A stretch of 64,000 nt of DNA from positions 512,001-576,000 of the forward strand of contig CAXXMB010000001.1 in the NCBI GenBank assembly GCA_963668675.2, in the 5' to 3' direction. Below are positions 20,356 to 30,525 of this stretch, in pieces (positions within the stretch are counted from its first letter, which is position 1; every line of letters starts with the position of its first letter). The notes under the pieces are model-generated. The model was not told the origin of the DNA. It did not search any database and saw only the letters and a list, made by a program, of their open reading frames with translations. The position numbers and the translations under genes are program-made. This DNA is from an uncultured Desulfatitalea sp. Lineage in GTDB: Bacteria; Desulfobacterota; Desulfobacteria; Desulfobacterales; Desulfosarcinaceae.

Positions 20356-20787
20356 ATGAATACAACCCATAAGAATTGGCTAAACATCGCAGAGAGAATT
20401 AGATCACTGGTAGATAACCTTTCAGAAGAGAAGCAGAAACAGCTGTTAGACCTGTTGATTGAATGGCAGCAGACTGAACAGCGCGATGACGAACGCATTC
20501 CATGTCTTATAGCGGTTTCCTATGCTGATCAGAAAAGAGTTTATCATGATTTTATCCAGGATTTAAGCAAAGGAGGTGTGTTTATCGAGACGCGGGAGCC
20601 GTTGACGGTAGGCGAAAAAATCTCCCTGACCTTTGCCATGCCCCCAACTCAGAGTCATTTTAAGATTTCGGGCAAGATTGTTCGTACGACAAAAGAGGGT
20701 GTTGGCATACAGTTTGAGAACAAATTGAGCCAGTATCAGGAAGAAATTATTCGAAAGTTGGTTGGAAAAGGTCGAATCTTTTATTAG
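20356..20787 (+). CDS. PilZ-domain protein
   Basis: QRDDER (RxxxR) and DLSKGG (DxSxxG). Confidence 0.85.
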   Translation: MNTTHKNWLNIAERIRSLVDNLSEEKQKQLLDLLIEWQQTEQRDDERIPCLIAVSYADQKRVYHDFIQDLSKGGVFIETREPLTVGEKISLTFAMPPTQSHFKISGKIVRTTKEGVGIQFENKLSQYQEEIIRKLVGKGRIFY

Positions 20788-20946
20788 AGCTGCATACTTT
20801 CGCCCCGTTTTGGAAAGCCTCTTGTATGGATGGTGACAGATTGTTACAAATCACTCATTTATAAGCCATGATGTAGTTTTGCCTGAAATACACACCTCCA
20901 TTTCTTCCCTTTACAACCAACCGAATTAATTGCCGAAACAGGAATT

Positions 20947-22020
20947 ATGAATATGGATACTATTCTAGTAACAGGTGGCGCCGGATTCATCGGGAGCAAT
21001 TTTATCAGGCATAGGTTAACCACTGATCAAAAGTACAGAATTGTCAATCTCGATGCGGCTACCTACGCGGGTAATCCTGCCAATTTGTCTGATTTTGCTG
21101 AAAAATTACCGGCTCGTTACCGGTTTGTCCATGGTGATATCGGTGATGTTGAGTTTGTGCAGCGCATTTTAACTGAAGAGAAGTGCCGTGGGGTGGTTCA
21201 TTTTGCCGCCGAATCGCATGTCGATCGGTCGATTCATGGGCCTCTGGCGTTTGTCGAAACAAATGTCATGGGGACCAGCCGACTATTGAATGCCTTTAAA
21301 AGTGTATGGGAGCAGCAGGGACGACCGGTGGATTTTCGTTTTTTGCATGTTTCCACCGATGAAGTTTATGGGAGTTTGGGCCCGGAGGGATATTTCGATG
21401 AGACCACTGCCTATGATCCTTCCAGTCCTTATTCGGCGTCCAAGGCGGGTTCCGACCACATGGTGCGCGCATGGCACCGGACTTATGGCGTTCCGACAAT
21501 GATCACCAACTGTTCGAACAACTATGGTCCGTACCAGTTTCCCGAGAAGTTGATTCCGTTGATTATCATCAACATTCTGGAATCGAAACCGCTGCCGGTG
21601 TACGGAGATGGCAGGAATGTACGGGACTGGCTCTATGTGATCGATCATTGCGAGGCGCTTTCACTGGTGTTTGAAAAGGGATTGCCGGGGGAGACTTATA
21701 ATATCGGTGGCGGGGCCGAGCGTGAGAATATTCAGGTGGTGCATCGGTTGTGCGATATTATGGATGATCGGCTGGGGCGTAAAGGTGAGGATAGCAGCCG
21801 CAATCTGATTCAGTATGTGACGGATCGTCCCGGGCATGATCGGCGCTATGCGATCAATGCGGACAAGATTAAACGTGAATTGGGATGGCGGCCGCGATTC
21901 GAGTTTGAGGCGGCGCTGGCCGAGACGGTGGATTGGTATTTGGGGAATCGGGAGTGGATTGATTTTGTGCGCTCCGGGGACTACCGCAATTGGATTGAGA
22001 CGAATTATGAGAGGCGTTAG
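20947..22020 (+). CDS. rfbB: dTDP-glucose 4,6-dehydratase
   Basis: GGAGFIG, AAESHVDRSI, STDEVYG, YSASK, FPEKLIP. Confidence 0.95.
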   Translation: MNMDTILVTGGAGFIGSNFIRHRLTTDQKYRIVNLDAATYAGNPANLSDFAEKLPARYRFVHGDIGDVEFVQRILTEEKCRGVVHFAAESHVDRSIHGPLAFVETNVMGTSRLLNAFKSVWEQQGRPVDFRFLHVSTDEVYGSLGPEGYFDETTAYDPSSPYSASKAGSDHMVRAWHRTYGVPTMITNCSNNYGPYQFPEKLIPLIIINILESKPLPVYGDGRNVRDWLYVIDHCEALSLVFEKGLPGETYNIGGGAERENIQVVHRLCDIMDDRLGRKGEDSSRNLIQYVTDRPGHDRRYAINADKIKRELGWRPRFEFEAALAETVDWYLGNREWIDFVRSGDYRNWIETNYERR

Positions 22021-22350
22021 TATTAACCCGGCAATTAATAATTACAACAATCGTCATTCCGGCGGAGGCCGGGGATGCAGTGAAGCCTTGGTGCTATACA
22101 GACCGTTACTGGATCCCGGATCAAGTCCGGGATGACAAAGGTTGGCCTATTTGATTGCGGGTAAATAAGTAGGGGCGGGGTCTATCCCCGCCTGGGCGCA
22201 GTCAATGCGTTTGATTGGGCAGGGGTAAACCCCGCCCCTACATGGTTGGAGTAGACAGCACTTGTCTTTCTGGTGGGAGCGGTAGCTTAGGTGGTTTCTG
22301 GATCCCGGATCATAAAAGCCTGCCCGGACCACGTTCCGGGGGCCGGGATG
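22021..22350. repeat. Cluster of REP/MITE-like palindromes (two families)
   Basis: tattaacccggcaatta..REP pair..ttgattgcgggtaaata, then gtaggggcggggtctatccccgcc...ggggtaaaccccgcccctac. Confidence 0.8.
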
Positions 22351-22412
22351 AAGCTGATCAGGCGCTTAATTGACGGATTAACGACTGGAAGAGATAGAGG
22401 GGACGGACCAAG

Positions 22413-23288
22413 ATGAAAGGTATTATTCTCGCTGGAGGTTCGGGGACGCGGCTTTATCCGATTACGCGGGTTGTGAGCAAGCAGTTGCTGCCCATATATG
22501 ACAAGCCGATGATTTACTATCCGTTGTCGATACTGATGCTGGCCGGCATCAGGGATATTATTGTGGTTTCCACGCCTGAGGATCTGCCCAAGTTCGAGTC
22601 GTTGCTTAAGGATGGCAGTCAGTGGGGGGTCAACTTCAGTTATGTGGTGCAGCCTAAGCCGGAGGGGATCGCCCAGGCGTTTATTGTGGCCAAACAGCAT
22701 ATTGTGGGTGAGAATGTGTGTCTGATTCTGGGCGACAATATCTTCTATGGTCACGGGTTGCCGGAGCAGATCAACTCTGCTGCGGCCAGGAAAGAGGGGG
22801 CTTCGGTATTTGGGTACTGGGTGAAGAATCCTCAGCGGTATGGTGTGGTGAGCTTTGACGATAACGGCAAGGCGGTCGATATCGAAGAGAAGCCGGCCAA
22901 GCCCAAATCTCATTGGGCGGTGACGGGGCTCTATTTTTATGACAAGCATGTGGTGGATTTTGCCGAGCAGTTGAAGCCTTCGGCGCGTGGTGAGCTGGAG
23001 ATTACCGATTTGAATCTGGTCTATCTGCAGCGCGAGCAGTTGTTTGTAGAGAAGATCGGGCGTGGTGTGGCTTGGCTCGATACGGGGACGCACGAGAGCA
23101 TGATGCAGGCGTCGGGTTTTATAGAGGTGATCGAGCAGCGGCAGGGGCTGAAGGTGGCGTGCATCGAAGAGATCGCCTATCGCATGGGGTATATCGATGC
23201 GGAGCAGGTGCTGCGGTTGGCCCACCCGCTGGAGAAGAACAACTACGGTCAGTATCTGGTCGAAATCATCAATGGATTGCATGATTAG
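22413..23288 (+). CDS. rfbA: Glucose-1-phosphate thymidylyltransferase
   Basis: [31 protein letters not shown]. Confidence 0.97.
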   Translation: MKGIILAGGSGTRLYPITRVVSKQLLPIYDKPMIYYPLSILMLAGIRDIIVVSTPEDLPKFESLLKDGSQWGVNFSYVVQPKPEGIAQAFIVAKQHIVGENVCLILGDNIFYGHGLPEQINSAAARKEGASVFGYWVKNPQRYGVVSFDDNGKAVDIEEKPAKPKSHWAVTGLYFYDKHVVDFAEQLKPSARGELEITDLNLVYLQREQLFVEKIGRGVAWLDTGTHESMMQASGFIEVIEQRQGLKVACIEEIAYRMGYIDAEQVLRLAHPLEKNNYGQYLVEIINGLHD

Positions 23289-23290
23289 CG

Positions 23291-23842
23291 ATGAATATCA
23301 TTAAAACGAAACTCGATGGTGTTTTGATCATAGAGCCACGCGTGTTTGAAGATCCGCGTGGCTTTTTTATGGAGACTTACCATGCCCAGCGATACAGAGA
23401 GAGCGGTGTTGGGGTGACGTTTGTGCAGGACAATCTCTCCTATTCGTCAGAAGGGACGTTAAGAGGGCTTCACTACCAGCTGCCCCATGCCCAGGCGAAA
23501 TTGGTGCAGGCGCTCAAGGGGGAGGTGTTCGATGTGGCCGTCGATATCAGGAGGGGATCGCCGACGTTCGGGCAGTGGGAAGGGGTGATGCTTTCTGCCG
23601 AGAACCGGCGGCAGCTGTTTATTCCTGAAGGGTTTGCGCACGGTTTCTGTGTGGTGAGCAAGGATGCGATTTTTCATTATAAGTGCAGTGATATTTATGC
23701 GCCTGAGGCTGAGGGTGGTGTGGCTTGGGATGATCCGGAGTTGGGGATTGAGTGGCCGGTGGAGAAGCCGTTGGTTTCGGAGAAGGATCGGGGGTATCTG
23801 CCCTTGAATGAGATTGATGTTGGGCGGCTTCCTGAGGGTTGA
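23291..23842 (+). CDS. rfbC: dTDP-4-dehydrorhamnose 3,5-epimerase
   Basis: DPRGFF, QDN.S.S..GTLRGLHYQ, PEGFAHGF. Confidence 0.97.
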   Translation: MNIIKTKLDGVLIIEPRVFEDPRGFFMETYHAQRYRESGVGVTFVQDNLSYSSEGTLRGLHYQLPHAQAKLVQALKGEVFDVAVDIRRGSPTFGQWEGVMLSAENRRQLFIPEGFAHGFCVVSKDAIFHYKCSDIYAPEAEGGVAWDDPELGIEWPVEKPLVSEKDRGYLPLNEIDVGRLPEG

Positions 23843-24004
23843 TAGAGTTTGTTGGGTGAGTGTGTTTGTTGAGTTGGTAGAGTGGGTGAGTTTGTTGGGT
23901 TTGTAGAGTTTTTTGGGTTTTTTGAGTTGATAGAGTTTTTTGAGTTTATTGGGTTTGTTGTGTTTTTTTGGGTTGGTTGGGTTGATTTGGTTTGTTGGTT
24001 TTTT
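23843..24004. repeat. Degenerate 9-bp tandem array (TTGGGTTTG/TTGAGTTTG), about 18 units
   Basis: Visible 9-nt periodicity, GT-rich on the + strand. Confidence 0.85.
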
Positions 24005-24168
24005 CGTCATACCGGCGAAGGCCGGTATCCAGAATCTTTCTGGATAGTGTGTGTTTGACGCGTTTGTGCTGGAATGACGATGTAGGCGGTCTGTGGCGTT
24101 TTTCGAGGTTTTTGTACATTGCTGAAGAGAAATGTTTTACTTAACTCGCTCTTTGTTGCTATCTTTTC

Positions 24169-25107
24169 ATGAAACGTACCGCACGTCTTACGATATTGTT
24201 TGCCTTCCTCGGCATCCTGACGCTTCTCTTTTTTATTGGGGGGCCGGATTACTATTCTACACGTTCATTTAAAGCCTTTTGGAACCTTGGGCACATCCTT
24301 TACTACGCTTTGATGTGCGTGGCGATATTTGCCTTTACCCGCAAGAGTCAGCATTCTGTCAGATTCCAAATTTCCATCATTTTGGTTGTAACCCTGCTGT
24401 TGGGGGTTGTCGTTGAATTGGTTCAAGCCGCCGGTTTTAACCGGACGCCTGATATTGGCGACTTGTTTCGAAACTTTATTGGTGCTGTTGTGGGCATCGC
24501 CTTTTTTCTACCCGGCAGGAAAGCCTTTTTCAAAGGGGCTTTATGGTTGCTTCAAGCCTTTTCTATTGTTCTGGTTGCATCTCAAATTTATCCGGTTGCT
24601 GCGGCGCTTACCGACGAGTATCGGGCGCGTAGGCAATTTCCCATTCTGGGGGATTTTGAAAACCCTTACGAGCTCCAGCGTTGGACCGGTTCTGCAGATA
24701 GGGCGATCGATGGTAGGATCGTATTTGCCGGCGAACATGCCATGCGGGTTTCGTTGGGTACCACTCTCTACTCCGGCGTTAGCTTAGAGTATTTTACCGG
24801 TGATTGGGCTGGCTTTTCACAGTTGCAATGCAGCATTTACAATCCGGATGCGAATCCGCTATCGATCACCTGCCGCATTCACGACGTTGTTCATATTCAA
24901 GGCGTTCAACGCTACGAAGATCGCTATAATCACTCCTTTATACTCGCTCAAGGATGGAACACGATTCGCATCGATCTGGAAGATGTTAAAAAGGCCCCGG
25001 CCAATCGCATTATGGACATGGGGCACATCCGCGGCGTCGGCATTTTTGCCACCCGACTGCCACGGCCCCGTGTCATCTACATCGATGATGTGCGATTGGT
25101 TCGATGA
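24169..25107 (+). CDS. VanZ-family protein with C-terminal carbohydrate-binding-like domain
   Basis: WNLGH, VELVQ..R.P...DL.RN; C-terminal GWNTIRIDL, IYIDDVRL. Confidence 0.7.
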   Translation: MKRTARLTILFAFLGILTLLFFIGGPDYYSTRSFKAFWNLGHILYYALMCVAIFAFTRKSQHSVRFQISIILVVTLLLGVVVELVQAAGFNRTPDIGDLFRNFIGAVVGIAFFLPGRKAFFKGALWLLQAFSIVLVASQIYPVAAALTDEYRARRQFPILGDFENPYELQRWTGSADRAIDGRIVFAGEHAMRVSLGTTLYSGVSLEYFTGDWAGFSQLQCSIYNPDANPLSITCRIHDVVHIQGVQRYEDRYNHSFILAQGWNTIRIDLEDVKKAPANRIMDMGHIRGVGIFATRLPRPRVIYIDDVRLVR

Positions 25108-25258
25108 GTTTTTTGTGGGTTTGTTGAGTTTGTTAGACAATATGGTTGAAGGATAAGACAGCGCATTGAGAAAAAGGCCTGCCTAGCCTTGAAGACGTGG
25201 GTTATAGTAAGTGCAACTTAAAACCCTCACTACAGAGCCAAAATCAAGGAGGCAGGCC

Positions 25259-26368
25259 ATGAACAAGATAGTAAAGTATGTTGGTTTGGATGTCCACAAA
25301 GATTCGATCACCATTGCCATTGCCGATGAGGGTCGCAACGGCAACGTCCGGGTTTATGGCAAAATCGCCAACACGCCGGATCAAATTGATAAGGTCATGC
25401 GAAAGTTGATCTCGCAAAACGCTCAATTGCGATGTGTCTATGAAGCCGGCCCCTGCGGGTATCCGCTTTACAGGCATTTAACAAGCAACGGGATCGATTG
25501 TGTTGTGGTCGCTCCGGCATTGATTCCTAAAAAAAGCGGTGCTCGGGTCAAAAATGATCGCAGAGACGCCATAAAGCTGGCGACGCTGCATCGAGCCGGA
25601 GAACTTACCGCCGTTTATGTGCCCGATGAGCAAGATGAAGCCCTTCGCGATCTGGTTCGCGCCCGTAGCGATATTCAAAAGGCGCTGCGCACCGTCAAGC
25701 AACAGATCAATGCCTTTTTGCTGCGCCACGCAATCATCTATCCGGGTAGAACCAAATGGTGCAAGGCGCATCTGAATTGGCTCAAGGACATCAAAATGGC
25801 CCATCCGGCCCAGCAGATTGCCTTGACCGAGTACCTGGATACGATGGCAAGTACCGAGGCTCGAGTAAGCCGCATCAACGAGCAGATAGCATGTTTTTGC
25901 CACAGCTGGCGCCTTCACCCTGTTGTCCAGGCCCTTCAGTGTCTCCGGGGCGTGTCTCTGATCAGCGCCGTGACGGTCGTTGCCGAACTTGGCGATCTGA
26001 ACCGCTTCGACAATCCGGCCCAGCTGATGGCCTATTTGGGTCTTGTTCCCTCGGAGCATTCATCGGGCAATAGCGTCAAAAAGGGCGGCATCACCAAAAC
26101 CGGCAATACCCATGTGCGCAAAGCCCTGATCGAATCGGCACAGGCGTATCGGTTGCCCGCCCGCAAAAGCGCAACGATACGCAAACGGCAAGAAGCAATG
26201 CCCGATGATGTTGTCGATATCTCCTGGAAGGCGCAGCTGCGTTTATGCCACCGCTACCGAAGATTGATCGCCAGAGGAAAAAGACACAACGTTGTCGTCA
26301 CCGCCATTGCCCGTGAACTGGCCGGCTTTATCTGGGCCATTGCCAGGCGTATCCCCCTGGCGGCATAG
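25259..26368 (+). CDS. IS110 transposase/recombinase (DEDD)
   Basis: GLDVHK, YEAG, KNDRRDA; C-terminal YLGLVPSEHSSG..GGITKTGN. Confidence 0.95.
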   Translation: MNKIVKYVGLDVHKDSITIAIADEGRNGNVRVYGKIANTPDQIDKVMRKLISQNAQLRCVYEAGPCGYPLYRHLTSNGIDCVVVAPALIPKKSGARVKNDRRDAIKLATLHRAGELTAVYVPDEQDEALRDLVRARSDIQKALRTVKQQINAFLLRHAIIYPGRTKWCKAHLNWLKDIKMAHPAQQIALTEYLDTMASTEARVSRINEQIACFCHSWRLHPVVQALQCLRGVSLISAVTVVAELGDLNRFDNPAQLMAYLGLVPSEHSSGNSVKKGGITKTGNTHVRKALIESAQAYRLPARKSATIRKRQEAMPDDVVDISWKAQLRLCHRYRRLIARGKRHNVVVTAIARELAGFIWAIARRIPLAA

Positions 26369-26506
26369 GTGCAGGTAGCCTCCGCCGATCTGGTTGTCAA
26401 GGGTCAAGATGAACGCCTGGCGGCGCCCTTGACAACCAGATCGACTCCGGCTTTGGGGTTGACATGAGATGATTGGCATCATCTCTATTTGCAAAATAGC
26501 TCTTTT
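26367..26506. repeat. 140-bp direct repeat, copy 1
   Basis: Near-identical to 27858-27997; hairpin gatctggttgtcaaggg...cccttgacaaccagatc. Confidence 0.9.
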
Positions 26507-26659
26507 GGATCAGAGGATATTTATATCAAATAGCACATAGCATCGAGTAGTTGGGTGGGGGCGCGGTCACGGTTCGGAGAACCCTCGTACAAACCCTGGG
26601 AATAGCCCTTGCGGCTCAAACTCCCGCTGTGTAATGGTCAACAAAAAACGGACACAAAA

Positions 26660-27505
26660 TTAAGCAACTTTTAAGTACTGCTCTTTCTCATAATCCATCG
26701 GGGATAAATACCCCAAAGTAGAATGAAGTCGAATACTATTGTAGTATGTGATGTAGTCCAGTATTTCGTTTTTGGCATCATTGCGGGTAAAAAACCGACA
26801 TGCCGTCAGCCGTTCTGATTTAAGGGAACGAAAGAAGCGTTCTGTCGGAGCATTGTCCCAGCAGTTGCCCTTACGGCTCATCGACGAGATCATGCCATAG
26901 GTTTCAAGCCGATCCCGGTACTCATTGCATGCGTACTGGCTTCCACGGTTCGAATGGTGCATCAGCCCTTGGGCTGGTTTTCTTTGCCAGTAGGCCATGG
27001 ATAAGGCGCTGAGCGCCAGCTCCTTTTTCATTCGTTTGTCCATGGCCCAGCCAACAATTTGGCGAGAATACAAATCCATGATGATGGCCAGGTACAACCA
27101 GCCTTCAAAAGTCCACACGTAACTGATATCGGCCGTCCAGACCTTGTTGGGGGTATCTACATCAAAGTTGCGATCAAGCACATTAGGGGCTACCGCAAAT
27201 GAGTGTCGACTGTTGGTTGTCAACTTGAACCGTTTGGGGGTTTTCGCTTTAAGTCCTACTTGTCGCATGATTCGCCGTACCTTATATCGTCCAATTTCCT
27301 GGTCTTCAGCCTGAAGCTGTTTGACGATTCTGCGGGATCCATAACTGGATCTGGATTGATCGAAGATTTCCTTTATCCGGCCCCTTAGGCCTGTTTCTTC
27401 GGGGCGATGATCGCCACCAGGGGTATATCGATCCAGATAGTCATAAAACCCGCTCCGGCTAACCCGCATCACCGAACACAGTAAGGTGACGGGATAGGCC
27501 TTCAT
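26660..27505 (-). CDS. IS3 OrfB (integrase core); second catalytic Asp appears replaced by Asn
   Basis: WTADISY, HHSNRGSQY, CWDNAPTERFF. Confidence 0.9.
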   Translation of the reverse strand: MKAYPVTLLCSVMRVSRSGFYDYLDRYTPGGDHRPEETGLRGRIKEIFDQSRSSYGSRRIVKQLQAEDQEIGRYKVRRIMRQVGLKAKTPKRFKLTTNSRHSFAVAPNVLDRNFDVDTPNKVWTADISYVWTFEGWLYLAIIMDLYSRQIVGWAMDKRMKKELALSALSMAYWQRKPAQGLMHHSNRGSQYACNEYRDRLETYGMISSMSRKGNCWDNAPTERFFRSLKSERLTACRFFTRNDAKNEILDYITYYNSIRLHSTLGYLSPMDYEKEQYLKVA

Positions 27506-27528
27506 TTGCTGCCGGATGAACTCAAATC

Positions 27529-27828
27529 TTACTTGGGTTCGTTTGCAAAGAAGGCCGCCGCCTTTTTTAAGATGTCACGCTCCATTAAAAGGCGTTTGTT
27601 CTCTTTACGCAGTTGCTTAACCTCGGCCTGCAGTTCCTGAGACGATCCTGCTTCGGTTTTGTTTTCCTTTTCGGCTCGATGCTGTCTGACCCAACGCGAT
27701 ACGTTGGTGTGATTGATCCCTAAACGGCGACCGACTTCGCTGCAGTTATAGCCTTGTTCGATTACCAGTTTTACCGCATCGTTTTTAAAGTCGTCGGTAA
27801 AGTCCCTGCGTTGTCGTTTTTCGCTCAT
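27529..27828 (-). CDS. IS3 OrfA (HTH)
   Basis: FTDDFK.DAV..V, ..ERDILKKAAAFFA; A6G slippery site for a -1 frameshift. Confidence 0.9.
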   Translation of the reverse strand: MSEKRQRRDFTDDFKNDAVKLVIEQGYNCSEVGRRLGINHTNVSRWVRQHRAEKENKTEAGSSQELQAEVKQLRKENKRLLMERDILKKAAAFFANEPK

Positions 27829-27857
27829 TGAACACCTCGCTAAATGGCCTTTTGATC

Positions 27858-27997
27858 AGGTGCGAGTAGCCTCCGCCGATCTGGTTGTCAAGGGTCAAGA
27901 TGAACGCCTGGCGACGCCCTTGACAACCAGATCGACGGAGGCTTTGGGGTTGACATGAGATGATTGGCATCATCTCTATTTGTCAAATAGCTCTTTT
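27858..27997. repeat. 140-bp direct repeat, copy 2 (inside the IS3 left end)
   Basis: Matches 26367-26506. Confidence 0.9.
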
Positions 27998-28279
27998 AAA
28001 TTGCTCCCGCTCACACCCAGTTGATGTTTACGCTTAACTCGGTGTCCGATTTTATTGAACCACATTACTGTTAGACCGAGGCAGCTCCACGACGTAACCA
28101 AGTCAGGCGGTAGCCAACCCGCGAATATCAGAGTGATCAACCGTCGTTATGAATGACCCCGCCTCTGCCCAACTACTCGATGAAAAGCACTACCCGATTT
28201 TACTTGGCTAGGTCTGCTTTTTTCTGTTGACAAACATTCAACCATATCGGGTTTGTTGGGTTGGTTGGGTTTGTGGGTT

Positions 28280-30110
28280 TTGATAGTTGTTTTTTGCATT
28301 GAGGTTACTGCGTTATGTAGCTGCTCGATTTTATTTTGGCATAGGAAGAAACTTTCTTCGGTATCGATGTTGAAGTAGTTAGGGCTTCCTGAATAATCCG
28401 TGACCCCAACGTTGCTCTGTGCCCAATGCCCGATTAGATACACGTAGTCGCAAATTTGTCCGATCTTAACTGTATCTGCGGGCTTTGAATGCGACTGTTA
28501 TCGTCAAAACTGAACCTATGGAGAAGTAAAAGGAAACAAAAAAGAAGGCTATTGAGCCACTTCTCTAAATTCATCACCAAAAATACTACAGCTATGGCAG
28601 TCTCAGATGTGCTGTCCAGCTTGCTCATGATCTTTGACAAACTGAATCGACGCTTTCCCTGTCCAAATTTTCCTTCAATGGGGATACGATCAAGTTCATC
28701 CTGCCGGGCCTGCTTCTGTATCGCTTTGCGGACTTCGGTATCGGAAGGTGGCCGCCCCAGTGCAGGGCCGGATAACCGGATGCCGTGCTTTTTACAGAAC
28801 TTGATGTTGTCCCTGTTGCGATAGATCTTGTCGGCATGAATTGAGGCGGGATAACAACCAAAGCGGTCTTTGTATGCTTGCGCCTGTTTGATTAAATCAG
28901 CCGACTCGTTATATGCATCCCAGTTCAATCGGTCCAAAAAGCAGTATCCGTCAACCGCGCTGACTGATATCTTGGCTCCAAATTCCGTAGCAGCTCCTGC
29001 CTTGCCACGTTTAATGGGCCGAACATGCGGTTGGTAGATGTTGACAATAGGATCATCGATTCTTTTGACCTTCTGATCATACATCCACTTTTGCTGGCGA
29101 TACACTTCATTGATGACCAACAACAGCTTGTACATGCGCTTTTTAAGCATCAACAACGATGAAATCTGCGATAACTTGTCGATCGTTTTAAGATTACGCC
29201 TCAGATAGCCCAGTTGTTGACGTATGGCCTTGCGCATTTTGCTCTTCGGCACCTTCTTGCTTTTTGCAATGGCAAGAAACTGTTTTCGTGCTTTTTTGCG
29301 ATAGGTGCGCGGTTTTTTAAGTTTGCCTCTGTGGGGTCGGTGCAAAACATCAATAATTTTTTCGCTTTTTTCTCTGGCCTCATTGAGTATTTTCAGATCG
29401 GTAGGGAAAGTAATGTCGGCCGGTGTGCAGGTCGCATCAATCAACAATTTACCACTGTTTGGCTTTTTCCCATCAGCGCCACCGCCACTGTTGTCTTTAC
29501 CGTCATCTTTCGCATTTTTTTTGACCGATCTTGCTTTGTGATTCACAGTTTCGATGATCTGGCAAATGGCTTTCTTGCCGAAACGCTTTCTAAAATGAAC
29601 AAACATTGTGGAGTGAAATGGTTCTTCATCACGATAGTCCGTAAAGCCTAAAAAGTATTGCAGGTAAGGGTTTTCGCGAATCTGCTCGACGGTCTCTTCA
29701 TCTGAGGTGCCAAGCTTTTCCTTTATGATCAACGCACCCAATGCAATACGTACCGACATCGCCGGTGGCCCTAATCCGGAACCTGACAGCTTCTTTGCAT
29801 AGGCCTCTTCAAATTCTTCCCAGGGAATAAATTTGGCCAGTTTTACCCATCGATTATCACTTCGTAATTTTCCATCAAAAGGAAGGTTGAAATTTTCAAA
29901 TTCCAGTTGCTTCAGATTGTGTTTGTACATGGTTTTCCCGGGCAAAAAGTGCAAGGTTATTTGTGGTTTTCGGTGAGTTCTCGATCACTTTTTGTCCTGT
30001 TTATAACATATTTTTGTTGCGTTTACAATACCTTACACTTAATTCAGGAAGCCCTAGTTATGCGAAAGAACATCCCGTATTCATTTGTTCGGGTTTTTCG
30101 AGAAGAAGGG
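28280..30110 (-). pseudogene. HepT/DUF86 toxin remnant interrupted by IS5
   Basis: Removing the IS5 and one TAGTTA copy restores IRDVLSHNYFNIDTEESFFLCQNKIEQL (Rx4HxY motif); the 5' part is missing. Confidence 0.7.
28382..30054 (-). mobile_element. IS5-family element (transposase 28434-29930)
   Basis: IR gggcttcctgaat at both ends; 6-bp direct repeat TAGTTA; LLIDAT, ADKIY, R..IEGKFGQGKR motifs. Confidence 0.9.
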
Positions 30111-30111
30111 T

Positions 30112-30245
30112 TGACGGTTTTGTAAAAGTAGAGAGTTTCATCTTTACGTCATTCCGGCGCAGGCCGGAACCCAGTCAGTTCAATGAATTCTGGATGTCGG
30201 ATCAAGTCCGGCATGACGGGTGGGAGGCTTTTTAAGAATGCATCT
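30112..30245. repeat. MITE-like element truncating the mnt gene
   Basis: gacggttttgtaaaag...cttttttaagaatgcatc-type outer IR around a REP pair. Confidence 0.65.
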
Positions 30246-30409
30246 GTTTTGACAACGACATCGACGTCACTTGTTGAAAGGGCCTCATCGCGTGCAATAG
30301 ATCCAAAAATACCTATTTCTAGTATGCCGTAGCGGTCTGATATATCTTTCTTATGTTTTCGCAGTAGCTGTAGTACTTTTTGTTGTCTAAGGTCGGGTTG
30401 TTTATGCAT
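30240..30409 (-). pseudogene. MNT nucleotidyltransferase antitoxin, 3'-truncated
   Basis: IGIFGSIAR....SDVDVVV, then reads into repeat sequence. Confidence 0.75.
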
Positions 30410-30525
30410 GACTCAACCTGTATGCTAATTGTAGTTTTGTTTGTGAGAATGATAAGGCACTAATATTTTTTGCTAAAGAAGACTTTTTATCTATCGAATG
30501 GTTTATGCTAGGCGAATGACATGTG

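Larger units (their letters stand above)
26630..28067 (-). mobile_element. IS3-family element
   Basis: 26-bp imperfect IRs (tgtaatggtcaacaaaaaacggacac / gtgtccgattttattgaaccacatta); 3-bp TSD CTG. Confidence 0.9.
26541..28182 (+). ncRNA. Putative IS110 bridge/seek RNA (26541-26629 + 28071-28182), split by IS3
   Basis: 15-bp perfect closing stem catcgagtagttggg / cccaactactcgatg; guide-like matches to the target and the donor junction. Confidence 0.65.
25135..28248 (+). mobile_element. IS110-family (IS1111-type) element, carrying an inserted IS3; ends +/-2 nt
   Basis: Sub-terminal IR atggttgaa (25142-25150, 7 nt from the left end) and ttcaaccat (28237-28245, 3 nt from the right end). No TSD. 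The circle junction would form TTGACA-17-GACAAT. Confidence 0.8.

Noticed and set aside
22287..23282. Long antisense ORFs (also 32598-33821, 34923-35897, 35904-36713, 40722-42128, 44053-44991, 51743-52465, 62566-63489)
   Set aside because: They are shadows of well-supported genes on the opposite strand and have no recognisable motifs.
23843..24004. CRISPR array
   Set aside because: Short contiguous degenerate 9-mers without spacers; no cas genes in the window.
23459..24010. 183-aa K/P/N/T-rich ORF
   Set aside because: It is a translation of the 9-mer array plus antisense rfbC.
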